Source: Eledone cirrhosa (taxonomy: Eukaryota). From it: 64,000 nucleotides of DNA. Within the stretch, counting starts at the first letter, position 1, and each line of letters opens with the position of its first letter. The position numbers were made by a program, and so were the translations under genes. Where the stretch lies: contig OZ024742.1 in NCBI GenBank assembly GCA_964016885.1, forward strand, positions 54,312,001 to 54,376,000. Reading direction: 5' to 3'. The notes beneath the pieces were generated by a model. The model was not told where the DNA came from, did not search any database, and worked only from the letters and a program-made list of their open reading frames with translations. Of the stretch, positions 28,680 to 41,815 are shown piece by piece.

Positions 28680-31600
28680 GAAAAAGAGATGAAATCGAAA
28701 ATGCAACTGGAGTCTTATTTTAAAAAAAAATGATATATATTTATTTGGTTCCTTTACCGGTTTCGCAGTTCTTCTGCCTTTCAAAAGTAGATTTGAGATG
28801 GAGGATCTGTGGTTTTTCTCACATCTGGTTGGTCTTTGGATGTTACTTGTTTTATATGGAAAAAAGTGGCTCGAAACGCCAGGTTTTTAGAGAAGTAATT
28901 TAATTGTTTGATGAATAAGTATAATAAATTTCGCGTCAGTTCGCGTAACAAAGTTCTTCAAACAGGGGGGGGGGGGCTCAGGTTGTTTTTTCATATATAA
29001 GTGAAGTTTGGTTGGTTGATGCAGTCACGTGCAGCTTTCGCGCCATTTTGTTTCAATTTCTTTTTATTTAAAAAAAGTGGCTCACGAAGGGTTTTTTTTT
29101 TTATAAATGTAATTTGATTGGTTATAAATTAAATTATGACTGTCACGTGAACAAGTTCATTAAATTTCGCGCCCGTATTTGGGAATTTATTTTGTAGCCT
29201 TTTCGAGAATTTTATGACAAACAAAAGATAATGGTCAAGAGAAATGGGATGAGGAGAATTGTTCTCGTCCAGTGAGTATGGCTGGTTCGCTGGGGTGTCA
29301 GAATTCAAACTTTCTATTGAAATAAAGAAAGTAGAGATATGTATGTTTATTTGTATGTGTGTGTGTGGGGGGGGGGGAGTATGTTAAGATGGAGAGAATA
29401 TATATATTTTGTGTGTGTATGTGTGTAGGAAAGTTATTCTATTAGTAGAAATGGGGGAGGGAGTTGTGTGTGTGGGCGGGAAGGTATAATGTGGGTGTGG
29501 GAGTATGGTTAGCATGTTAAGATGAAGAGAATATATATATTTTGTGTGTGTGTGTAGGAAAATGATTCCGTTAGTAGAAATGGGGGAGGGAGTTATGTGT
29601 GTGTGTGGGTGTGTGTGGGAGGTGTTAGAGTATTAACGTATGTTAAGGTATATTTAGTTCTGGTTTTTATTTTCTAAAGTAGAAGGTGTTATATGTGTGT
29701 GTGTATGTATGTGTCTGTTTGGATGGTTAGCATATTATGGTGTTGACATAATGTATCTTAAACTATATTTAATGCTGGTCTATATTTTTGAATAAACACA
29801 TTTTCGTTATTTATTCGTATTTGTTCTGTTGTATTGTCAGTGCAAATGTAAAACGGGAAGACTTGGAATTTGGGTGTCTTATTACTTGCGCATATGTCTA
29901 GATATGCACTTAGTGGTGTCTGTCTCGTGGTTGGATCTCGTAATTGTTGGCGATGCTGTTTCTGAGTGTGAGTTTAGTTTGTCCTATATAATCTTCATTG
30001 CATCCTTTACATTTAATGGCGTAAAGCGGATTTTTTGATGAGCAAGTGAAGTGATTTTTTACAGCAAAATTCTGTCCTGATTGAAATGTATACGTGTTGC
30101 CTTCAATGAGGTGAGTGCAGGTTCCACAATTAGAGCGACCAAATATTTTGACAGTTGGTTGTCGGTTTGTGGTAGATAATTTGGCATTGGTAAGTAATGT
30201 TTTTAGTGATTTCGGTTGTCTTTTGCTTTTGATTATTTTGTGTGTTTCAAGGGTTTTTTCATTCTTGGATCTTGTTTCAATAGTGGGATGTTCTTGTGAA
30301 TAGTGTTGTAAGCTTCCGCATTTCTCGGGTTGTGTGTTGAGATATATGATAGAATATTGGACGTACCTTGAATTTGTTTCTGTTTTCGTAATTCATCAAG
30401 GCCTATTGCTTTTCGCCCTTTCTATTCCACTATTTATTAGTAATGGTGAGTACTGTCTTTCGAGTAGAATTTCTTTTAATTCTTGAAGTCTTTTATTTCG
30501 CGTTTCATAATTGGAGACAAATGTGCAAATTCTTCTTGCTAGGTTAAAAGGAATGTTCGTCTTCGTGTGCTTTGGATGGTAAATAGCAGGTATTGTCTGG
30601 AATCTGTTGGTTTGTAGTGTATGTCAGTTTCAATATTTGTGTCTTTTTTTAAGATTAAGATGTCCAGAAATGGGAGTTGATCTTGGCTGTATTCCATGGT
30701 GATTTGGATGTGGTTATTCATGCCGTTTATTAAATTTTTGAAATCATTCAGTTGGTCGAGTGTGTGGGACCAAAGAATGAGACAATCATCCAAGTAGCGT
30801 TTCCAATTCTCTGATAAATATTTGTGGAAGTTCAATCCGTATTTTGATTTGGACTGTTCATATATCTGGACTTCTAAGTATGCCATGACTAAGTTGGCAT
30901 AAGTTGGAGCGGCTTTTGTACCCATCGCAGTCCCCGATATTTGCTGGTAAGTACTGTCATCGAAATCAAAAAAGTTGTTCTGTAAGATAAATTTAATCCC
31001 TCAGTGATGAAGCTTTTTTCTATTCTATCAGGTATCTCATTGGGATATTTCTCTAGCCAGAATCCTATTGCTTCTAGTCCGTATTGTTGTGGGATCGTTG
31101 TGTAGAGATTCACTATATAGAAAGACACAATAATAGTGTCGTTGTTGACATGTTTGGGGAGGTGGTTTAAGAGGTCCAGATCGTCTCTTACAAGGCTTGG
31201 TATGTGTTTGAGAATTGGTTTTAGTAGTATGTCTATAAAATTGCTTAGTCTGTGTGTTTCACATTGTAGGCCCGCTACAATTGGTCTTAATTTAAGGTCT
31301 GTAGGGTATTGTGTGTTCACGCAGTTTGAGGTGGATTGTTTACAGGCATCGTTAATTATTTTATACTTGTGGATCTTCGGAAGTCCATAAAGGTTGCTGG
31401 TATTGTGTTCAAAATGTGTTAAATAATCGCGTTCCTTTTTAGTTAAGTCTTCCTGGTATCGGCAAATCAGTGTGTTTAATCTGGTCATCGTTTTTGATTG
31501 CTGGTAGATTTTTTACTCTTTCATAGTAATTAGTATTTTGTAAGAGAGAGAACATAGAATTTTTATATTTTTCAGCATCCATAATGACGACAGTACTTCC

Positions 31601-33939
31601 CCTGTCCGCTTCCTTAATTATAATGTCCGTATCGTTTTTTAGTTCATGGATAAATTCCCATTCCCTTCGACTCGTGTTGGGTTTGGGTTTAGGTTGCGGT
31701 AGTTCATGGTATGGGAAAGTAGCTATGTGGTCACAAAATTTGTCCAGAACTCTGTATCTACCTTTTGTTGGGTTGTAGCTGCTTTTATTCCGTACAATTG
31801 ATTGGTCGTTATTCCCCTTGTCCAAAAATTCCTCTGTGAGACGTAAATTTCATTGAGGTTAGAGTATTGTGGTATTGGTGTGAATTTCAGTCCTTTGGAG
31901 AGAACTTTAACTTGTTGGGCTGAGAGGTTTGTATTTGAAAGGCTGATTATTTTCGGTTTTTCAAAATCGGTTTGTGCCACCGAGTATCGTGGGTCCTGTA
32001 GCCTTGATCTAAAAACTGATTTTTCTGGAATGTTTTTTCATGGGTATTATTATATCTAATGGCATTTTCCCTGTTGTTGTGTGGTCTTGTATAGAAGTTT
32101 CGGACGTATTGAGGTTCGGTTTGTTGATAGTCCGGGTTGTAGATTTTGTTCATTTGTGTGGGTTGGCATCTACGATATTGGAACAGGTTCTGTGTGGGTT
32201 CGGGTCTACGGTTTTGGAATAGGTTTTGTGTGAGTTGTGATCTGCGGATAGGGTCCTGTATTGTGTTGGGGGAATCTTCGGTTTTTGTTAGTAGGGTTAT
32301 AGTTTTGTCTATGGGTTCTGGGATTATCGTCATAGTTTTGCTGGGGGTATGTTGGATGTTTTGTTACTTCTTTTGTTAATTGTTGTACGTGTGGTGTGTG
32401 AGTTTTTGTTCGTTTTAAAAATGGATTACCTGTATGTTGTCAATTTTTGAAATCCATTTCGTAGTTGTTGAACCAGGTGGCGTTTTTTTCCCCATCGCTG
32501 GAGGGATGTTAGTTCTTCTTCTTCATAATTTTCTTTCCAAAGTGTTAAGGTTTTTTCATAGAGTAGGCGTACAGAGTGCCTTGAGATTTCTGTTTCCATC
32601 TGTTGGTTGAGTGACTTGAATTTTTCTTCGTTGGAGTTGGCTCTTAACCGCAACAATTCTATTTCTATTTTAAACTTTTCTAACGCCATCTTTTCCCTAA
32701 GTTTTTGTTGGTTTTTCTGGTTCATTCGGGATGGGTTTTATTTAGAGAGTTTTGGGGAGGATGATTGGGGTATAGTTTAGCCACTTTTCATATATGTCTG
32801 CCTTGCCATTATTTTTTAGCAGATTCCAAAAGGCGAATTTGCGAGCAGTGAGCTTTTGAGTCCATATATTGATTAGGGTGTTTTTCACTGAGTGGACATC
32901 TCGTAGATTGGGTTCTAATGGTTGATCCAGCTTTTGGAGCATTGCTGCTTCAATGGTTTTGATTAGTTTAGTTAATGCTGGAGTAATATTCCTCTCTTGG
33001 GTATTTTCTGTTTCTTCGTGGGGTCCTTTTTTATAGATATGTATTTGGTCCACTTTGTTGGTCAAAATTGAAAGTTTAGAGGAAATCTCTTTGAGTTCAT
33101 TTAAGATGTCCTGGTTCAGTGAGTTGTTGTTTTGTTGAGACTTTGGTGGTATTTTCGGTCTTCGTGTGGTGGGTATGTATTAGATAGTGAGGTTTTTTTT
33201 ACAAAATGAAAAATAACCGAGGTGTCCTACACGAGTGAAAGTATAAGGAAAAAAGATGAAATCGAAATTGCAACTGGAGTCTTATTTTTAAAAAAATATA
33301 TATATTTATTTGGTTCCTTTACCGTTTTGCAGTTCTTCTGCTTTTCAAAAGTATAGTTGAGATGGAGAATCTGTGGTTTTTCTCACACCTGGTTGTTCTA
33401 TGAATGTTACTTGTTTTATATGGAAAAAGTGGCTCGAAACGCCAGGTTTTTTGAGAAGTAATTTGATTGGTTGGTGAATAAGTATAATAAATTTCGCACC
33501 AGTTCGCGTTACAAAGTTCTTCAAACAATGTGTGTGTGTGTGGGTGGGTGGGGGGGCTCTGTTGTTTTTTCATATATGAGTGAAGTTTGGTTGGTTGATG
33601 CAGTCACGTGAATAAGCACATCAGCTTTCGCGCCAGTCTTTTTGAATTTCTTTTTACTTAAAAAAAGTGGCTCACGAAGGCTTTTTTTAAATAAATGTAA
33701 TTTGATTGGTTATAAATGAAATTTTGATTGTCACGTGAACAAGTTCATTAAATTTCGTGCCCGTATTTGGGAATTTATTTTGTAGCCTTTTAGAGAATTT
33801 TATGACAAACAAAAGATAATGGTCAAGAGAAATGGGGTGGGGAGAATTTTTCTGGTTCAGTGAACATGGCTGATTCGCTAACGTGTCAGAATTCAGACTT
33901 TCTATTGAAATAAAGGAAGTAGAGATATGTATGTTTATT

Positions 33940-33970
<31 letters not shown>

Positions 33971-34235
33971 AGGAAGATGATTCTATTAGTAGAAATGGGG
34001 GAGGGAGTTGTGTGTATGGGTGTTATGTGTGTGATAGTGTGTTTGTGGGAGTATGTTAAGATGGAGAGAATATATATATTTTGTGTGTGTGTATATGTGT
34101 GTAGGAAAGTGATTCTATTAGTAGAAATGGGGGAGGGAGTTGTGTGTGTGGGGAGGTGTGTTATGTGTGTGTGTATGTGTGTAATGTGTGTGTGGGAGTA
34201 TGGTTAGCATGTTAAGATGAAGAGAATATATATAC

Positions 34236-34280
<45 letters not shown>

Positions 34281-34302
34281 GAAAATGTTTCCGTTAGTAG
34301 AA
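28680..34302 (-). mobile_element. Near full-length Penelope-like element (Neptune-type) with long direct pLTR-like repeats (about 28680-29600 and 33248-34302)
   Basis: LSKGLKFTP, IIIKEADRGSTVVIMD, LYGLPKIHK, LRPIVAG, MGTKAAPTYANL, WKRYLDD and GRSNCGTC across frameshifted ORFs, plus terminal direct repeats. Confidence 0.93.
29760..33180 (-). pseudogene. Penelope-like RT/GIY-YIG polyprotein, multiply frameshifted
   Basis: Collinear ORF fragments 32742-33065, 32426-32725, 31723-31980, 31439-31825, 30889-31488 and 30539-30925. Confidence 0.9.
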
Positions 34303-34532
34303 ATTTACAGTCTAACAATTGTTTCCATGATAGAGTTGTCTAGAAATTGCTAAAAACTGAAGACAGCTAAACTAAATTTAAAATACATACAACCTCCATC
34401 ATTTCATCATAAATTGATAAGTTTCTGATGAAATGATTAAGGTTGTATGTATTTTAAATTGAGTTATGCTGTCTTCAGTGTTTAGCAATTTCTAGACAAC
34501 ACTATCATGGAATCAATTGTTAGACTGTAAAT
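34303..34532. repeat. Imperfect palindrome (~110-bp arms)
   Basis: ATTTACAGTCTAACAATTG... and ...CAATTGTTAGACTGTAAAT. Confidence 0.9.
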
Positions 34533-34738
34533 AAATCTCCTTGTTTCTACTGTTGATCATGTTATTCTTCACTTTTTTATTACTCCAATATATATTTACA
34601 TAGAAATACAAGTGAAGTCATGAACTCGTCACCCACGTAAACTTCTTGTTGAGTCGCATAGCACCGTACGCTTAAACTGTCCATGATAATTAGTTTTCAC
34701 AGACTCTTATCGGATTACCTTTAACGATTTATTGTTAT

Positions 34739-34794
<56 letters not shown>

Positions 34795-34797
<3 letters not shown>

Positions 34798-35478
34798 GTG
34801 GACAACAACATAAGCTGGTGGGCTGTTCATATAAACAGCAACGTTGACATGGCCCACAGGATGTGTTCCTGGATACTCAGAACCTTCCAGTCGAGAGATA
34901 TCCACACTACTATCCTCATCTTCTTCACTTTTGCCCGACCCACCTTGAATATATTGAAGCTCCTTAAATGTCAATCACGAAAAAGATAGATGGTATGTCA
35001 AGCCTTGACTGTTGGAGTCGACTAGAAAAACTCAAACTTTATTCTCTCCAACGCTGCCGTAAGCGCTACTTTTATCTGCATGTTTAGGAAAATATTCCAT
35101 CAGCATTGCCCAACTGATGTTGGCATCACCTTTCAACTACACCCAAGGATTGGGCCCCGTGCTACCCGTGCACAACAAAAATGAAACTCGCATCTCATAA
35201 CAACAATACGGCACAATTATTTCACCTCAATCGGCACCGCTCTCTTTAACATTACGACAAAACACATTAAAACAGAAACTGACCCATACAGTTCAAGAAG
35301 TCTTTAGACAAATTCCTTCAAAAAATCCCAGATAAACCTCCTACTCCCGGATATATGTCCACAAGCAATAACTCTCTTTTTGAGTGGGCCATGGTGTCCA
35401 AATCCTGATTTGAAGACTTCGCCAGGTGGTGCTATTAAGTTAGACATGGCCCCGGCCTATACTGGTCGAAGCCTATGA
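34795..35478 (+). mobile_element. CR1-group LINE 3' fragment, decayed
   Basis: AHRMCSWILRTFQSRD...RPTLEY...RLEKLKLYSLQR...FKKSLDKFLQKIPDKP, typical of the CR1-like RT C-terminus. Confidence 0.75.
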
Positions 35479-35741
35479 ATATATATATATATATATATAT
35501 AATAAAGAATGTGTGTTAAAGAACCAGGTGAACCATAATGCACCAGAGTACTTGACACTTAGGGTAGTAGAGTGGGCAATAGGAAAAGAGTCACGACTTC
35601 GCCGGCTGGGCTCTGGCCGTTTCGACAGCTAGAACCCAACAAGTCTGTTCGGATCTAGCTGTCGAAACGGCCGGAGCTCAATATATATATAAGTTATTCC
35701 CGCTTGAATCGGAGTTAACCACAGTAATCTACTCAATACAT

Positions 35742-35895
35742 AGCAGAGTATAAAAGTTTTAATATAGAAGAGCTTCTACAGAACTAGAACTGTTTCATTC
35801 ATGAGAAATCATCAGGGAGCACTGATGATTTCTCATGAATGAAACAGTTCTAGTCGTGTAGAAGCTCTTCTATATTAAAACTTTTATACTCTGCT
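35742..35895. repeat. Palindrome of two back-to-back hammerhead cores
   Basis: TTTCATTCATGAGAAATCATCAG-ggagca-CTGATGATTTCTCATGAATGAAAC, with ~74-bp arms. Confidence 0.85.
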
Positions 35896-35908
35896 CTCTC
35901 TCTCCCTC

Positions 35909-35990
<82 letters not shown>

Positions 35991-36495
35991 TATATTTATA
36001 TATATATGTATGTATATGCACACATGTTTGTGAGGTGTGTATGTTTATGCATGCGTGTGCATGTGTGTAATCTATAATTCTATAATTAAGTTGTTTGAAA
36101 GTATCTGACCACATATTACATGTAGCATTATTCCTGTAAGACTGTATCTATCGAGACATGACAATTTCTAAGTATGTCTAACACTACTGGGCAAACCATT
36201 TCCAATAGATGTTTTCGCTAAGAATCAAATTAAAAAATCTTGAAATAACACACGAGCAATACATCCTAGATTTGTATCTATTTTGTTTTGTTATTTCTTA
36301 ATATCAGTATGAGATTGTGGTCAGCCGTTACTAAAACTACTTCTGCCAAAGTAATGGTATTAATTTCTGTTCTAAATTGGTTTCTCAGTAACATACCTAA
36401 TGAAAAACATCTATCACATTATGTTGTAAGAAATGAAATCTTTTGTTTTATGAGTTTATGTATATGCTTACACGAACACACACTCACATTATATC

Positions 36496-36592
<97 letters not shown>

Positions 36593-36907
36593 TGTAAGCG
36601 TGTGCGTGTACGCGCCTGTGTGTTTCTGTAAAAACAACGCAGTATTCTAACATTGTATGGACCATGTCACGTCATCCTCCTACATACAGTATTTTATTAA
36701 ACTCTACTTTGTTATCGTATACATATATATATATATATGTATAACGCGCAGGTGGGTCTGTTTACTCCGGAGTGGTTTAAAAACAGGTTAAAATTAACTT
36801 TCAGAAAACAACACCATACATCAGAACAGGGTATATCAAAGGACCAAAATAACAGTGGTAAACTTTGTTCTATCATTACGTTTACTGTTTTTTCTGTTCA
36901 AGTTCTA

Positions 36908-36966
36908 GCTGTCTGATGAGGTCATAGCTGTTGAACAATGGTTATCACCTAAATATATATTACAGC
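36908..36966 (+). ncRNA. Degenerate hammerhead motif (GAAA mutated to TAAA)
   Basis: GCTGT-CTGATGA-GGTcATAGC...GTTATcACC-TAAA-TATATA-TT-ACAGC. Confidence 0.55.
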
Positions 36967-37039
36967 GAATATGAATAAACGAAGTTAATTTTAACCCGTT
37001 AACTTACACTTCTTGTTTTCTATATATATACATATATAT

Positions 37040-37905
37040 ATGGGTCGTCAAGTATGAAATTTGTAGTGAGGCATATGGTCAATTTTGACAGCTTCTTATT
37101 TCACGCTGGTATTATATTTTGACATTCTTTTGTTTTTGTTAGAAAGCTGCCACACATATTTCCTATTTCTGAATCATTTTGCGCTTTAAAAAATATTAAA
37201 AATCTTTTTTGATTATTCTTGTTTAGAGATAAAGAAATCGGAAATTCGTATAATTATGAAATATGATAAAATATGAGTTCTTACGTGGAAATACAGCATC
37301 GCAGACAGCTCGGAATTTTAATGGTGTATTTTGCTCTAATATTACTACACAGCAGACAGTATCAAATTGGTTTGCGAAATTTCGTTCTGGTAACTTTGAC
37401 CTCACGAATGAGCCACGTAGTCGGGCAGAATCAAAGGTGGATAATGATGAACTAAATGTCAACGTCGAGTCAGATCCATCTCAAGGTTCACATGAATTAT
37501 CGTTGATGTTTGGTGTTAGCAAACAATATTAACTCACCTAGCTGAAATCGGTAAAGTGAAAACGTTGGATAAGTTGGTTCCTCATGAACTGTATGAACAG
37601 CAGAAACAACAACGTTTGGAAGCTTGCATGCTGTTGCTTTCTCGTCACAAAAATAATCCATTTTTGAATCGAGTTGTAATGTGTGATGAGAAATGATTCC
37701 AATGCGATAACCGTAAACGTTTAGCAAGGTTTGTGGTTTGACAAGAACAAGCCACCAAAACAGTCCAAAGCGCAATATTCATCAAAAGAGGCTGATGGTG
37801 ATTGTTTGGTGGCCTGGCGCAGGTGTGATCCATTATGATTTTATGAAACCTGGTTCATCGATCACGGCAGAAGTGTACTGCAACCAGCTGGACCAAATGA
37901 TCCCA
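37040..37905 (+). mobile_element. Mariner transposon relic, 3' truncated by a family D insertion
   Basis: KYEFLRG..ASQTARN, WFAKFRSGNFDL, LVPHEL (cf. WVPHEL), RVVMCDEK and VWW..GVIHYDFMKPG. Confidence 0.88.
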
Positions 37906-37909
37906 AAAT

Positions 37910-38690
37910 ATATTTCGTTTCTGAATTTGTTTAGCAAGATTCTTTATCTGAAAACGTGTGTTGAAACCGATATTGTTATACTTTGGGAGGGTCATGTTGC
38001 CAATAAGAAACACACGCACCAGTTGCTTTCACTTCAATTTATTATAATAAATTCATAAATTTAAGAATTTATAAATTTCCGGTTGGTTGGTTCCACAACC
38101 AGATGATTGTTTATATATTGTCACAGTTCTTTCGTCACACATTCTGTGACCTCTTCAGTGACTGGGTATTCTTTTCTTTGTGTTTGTGTCTCTGCTTTGT
38201 TCTGTCCTACGCCATCTTGTTTTTGTGTGTGTTGTGTGCTTAGTTTGCGCATGTGTTACATCCGGGTGTCTGTGTGTGTTTATTTCTTTGTTTATTTACA
38301 TGTTACTGGTTGGTTGTATGTTCTATGTGTGTGTGTGTTTTCATTTTGTCCTTAATTGTAAGTTGTGATGTCGCTGTTCCATTCATGTTTTCTATTTAAT
38401 TTTGGTTGGAGTTCATTTATGTTTATTGCCTCATTTATGTTTATTGCCATAACAAAGGAGAGGCACAAAAACAAAGAAAAGAATCCCCAGTCACTGAAGA
38501 GGTCACATAATGTGTGACGAAAGAACTTTGACAATATATAAACAATCATCAGGTTGTGGAACCAACCAAACAACCAGAAATTTATAAATTCCTAAATTTA
38601 TAAATTTATTATAATAAATTGAAGTGAAACAACTGGTGCGTGTGTTTCTTATTGGCAACATGACCATCCCAAAGTATAACAACATATATG
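37910..38690. mobile_element. Two family D pLTR pieces in inverted orientation
   Basis: 37910-38450 is the reverse complement of family D and 38450-38690 is forward. Hammerhead-like motifs at 38120-38162 (-) and 38490-38532 (+). Confidence 0.85.
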
Positions 38691-40524
38691 TAAATAATTA
38701 CATGCATACTTTTATTTTTTAAAATTAATTGAGTTCTTAACACGTGGAATTGATATTAGTTTTGAAATAACTAATTAACCCGCGTATATTTAATATTTTA
38801 CTCTTAATTCGGCCAGAGATTTACATTCCCGATTGCCCTTTAAAGCGTAACTTTCCGTATTTACTACGGTTATGAAATGCGGTTTATTATTCGGGTACGA
38901 CTTCTGTTTTTAGCCTAAGAAAATATCTATATGCGTGTGTAATTAATACACGCATGCATTTATTTTTTTAATTTCAATTGAGTTCTTAACACGTTGGATT
39001 GATAATGTTTTTGAAAAAACTAATTAACCCGCGTGAATATTATTTTTTCTTTTCTCGTGTATTGGTAGTCTCCCCTTCCCGCTTCGTGACGCTATAATAC
39101 GTCCTCAGTCAAAAACTGCTGGAATTTCAAATTTGGCGGTCATTCGATGCGTGAGGGAGCAGCTTTGCAGACACGATTTTTAACTGCAGTAAGAATTGTT
39201 TCGTATATCAAAGTTTAATGGGCTTCCACTGATGATTTATAAGCACCCACCTAAATATATTCTTACATGAATATATGTTAGGCTTCTACATAAACTGGAA
39301 ACATTCTCCTAATTTGTAGAAAACTTATAATGAAACAATTGTTTGGAAAGAGAGATATATTTTAACTTTAATTATATCTCATAAAATAATGCAACTGGCT
39401 TTCCACATAATACATATAGTTAGCACCCAAACACTTAAATTGGGTTTATACTAACATATAACCTAATGTTTGTTGAGTGAGATGGTTACCAGTCAGAGTT
39501 TAGCTTTAAGCTATCTCTGTTATTGTATTAAATATTTTACTCTTGATTGGCCAGAGGTATTTATTTCCAGGTACCTTATAAATATGACTTTCCGTATTTA
39601 TTACTGTTGTGCGATATGATGGTTTTTTGGTTGTCACTTCTCTGTTTTTAGCCTAAGAAAATATATATATGCCTGTGTAAATAATTACATGCATACTTTT
39701 ATTTTTTTAAATTAATTGTGTTCTTAACACGTGGAATTGATATTAGTTTTGAAATAAATAATTAACCCGCGTATATTTAATATTTTACTCTTAATTCGGC
39801 CAGAAATTTACATTCCCGATTGCCCTTTAAAGCGTAACTTTCCGTATTTACTACGGTTATGAAATGCGGTTTGTTATTCGGGTACGACTTCTGTTTTTAG
39901 CCTAAGAAAATATCTATATGCGTGTGTAATTAATACACGCATGCATTTACTTTTTTAATTTCAATTGATTTCTTAACACGTTGGACTCATAATGTTTTTG
40001 AAAAAACTAATTAACCCGCGTGAATATTATTTTTTCTTTTCTCGTGTATTGGTTGTCTCCCCTTCCCGCTTCGTGACGCTATAATACTTCTACAGTAAAA
40101 AAACTGCTGGAATTTCAAATTTGGCGGTCATTCGATGCGTGAGGGAGCAGCTTAGCAGACACGATTTTTATCTGCGGTAAGAATTTTTTCTCATATCAAA
40201 GTTTAATGGGCTTCCACTGATGATTTATAAGCACCCACCTAAATATATTCTTACATGAATATATGTTAGGCTTCTTCATAAACTGGAAACATTCTCCTAA
40301 TTTGTAGAAAACCTATAATGAAACAATTCTTTGGAAAGAGAGATATATTTTAACTTTAATTATATCTCATAAAATAATGCAACTGGCTTTCCACATAATA
40401 CATATAGTTAGCACCCCAAACACTTAAATTGGGTTTATACTAACATATAACCTAATGTTTGTTGAGTGAGATGGTTACCAGTCAGAGTTTAGCTTTAAGC
40501 TATCTCTGTTATTGTATTAAATAT
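38689..40524. repeat. ~988-bp non-coding tandem duplication (~1.85 copies) with internal subrepeats
   Basis: 38689-39535 recurs at 39677-40524 with few differences. Confidence 0.92.
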
Positions 40525-41011
40525 ATATATATATATATATTTAGATAGATAGATATAGATAATTTTATTTAAATGTGTGTGTGTGTGTGGGGGGGGGGGT
40601 GTAAACCAGCGTCCGATTCGTGTATTTAATTCTCTGTGTATGTAATTAAATATTACGTGAAGATGGTTGTGTATGTAACTTACTAAGGCGTAACGTACGT
40701 AACGAACGCACATACACATACACACATTCACAGGCACATAAATACTCATATACAAACTGTGACGTTGTCATGGTATTATAAAATATCCGTTTACTTATAT
40801 TTGACTATTGCAGATTATTTTAGATAAAGTGTTAAATTATTTTAATTGAAATGAAAATAAAAAGTATATGTTGACACTTCCGGGATCTAATACTATTGCT
40901 ATGTAAAATTTGATTTGATATATTCGAGCCATCGGGGAATGCATAAGGAAAATATGGACAGAGAGATAAAGAATTGTATATATATATATGTACGTTCATA
41001 TATATATATAT

Positions 41012-41317
41012 GAACGTATGTATGTGGCTCTGTGTGTGTGTTTGTGGATGGGAAGCCGCATGCCTTAGATCGATTCCTTACAAGAAGGTTAAATACCTGT
41101 AGCTCCAGTTTGTAGCTGTAGTTTGTACGTGTTATTCAATGTGACCACCAATATACATATATTGCTACATGTATATATAGCTATAGGTATTTAACTTTCC
41201 TGATAGGAATCGATCCAAGACATGCGACTTCCCATCCACAAACACACACACGCATGCACACACACACACAGACACACACAAACACACCTCCATACACACA
41301 GCCACACACATACGTTC
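41012..41317. repeat. Fold-back (MITE-like) element
   Basis: TGTGTTTGTGGATGGGAAG...TAAATACCTGTAGCT is mirrored by AGCTATAGGTATTTA...CTTCCCATCCACAAACACA. Confidence 0.8.
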
Positions 41318-41727
41318 TGAAGATGACGCACACTTATATAGGGGATTAGGTGATATCTATTTCCATTCAGTATGGCTTAGGTATCTAAAGTAATACACAG
41401 CCACAAATTATCTATCGATTCTAATATGAGATCTTCAACTCTAATATATTCTTGAGAATACATATATTAGTAAATACGTCTTAAGTTACTCTTATTGAAA
41501 TAAATTGATGTAAGGATTCCTATTACAATTTAATGAATAGGTCATATTTCTACTGGATTACACATAAGAAGCAAAACATTAAACTAACTTATAGTCTTCG
41601 CACGCTCCATTAAATTCATTTCTTGGCCAGTTTGGAAAGTAACAATTATATGTTTTGGACCAACGTCGATTTCGACTGTGAGTGTTGCAATTGTAAAAAC
41701 AAAAAAGCCTGCTCAAGTGATATACGT

Positions 41728-41815
41728 GTGTGTGGCTGAGGAGCATTCCACAGACATGTGTACTCTTAGCCTAATTCTCAGAGTGATTCAGCATGAGAAT
41801 ATGTGTGAAAAGTCT
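41728..41815 (+). mobile_element. Old SINE-like fragment resembling octopus SINEs
   Basis: TCCACAGACATGTGTACTCTTAGCCTAATTCTCAGAGTGATTCAGCATGA resembles, from memory, a common octopus SINE segment. Confidence 0.45.

Noticed and set aside
28680-29600. Expected hammerhead in the pLTR of the large Penelope
   Set aside because: No complete core found by eye.
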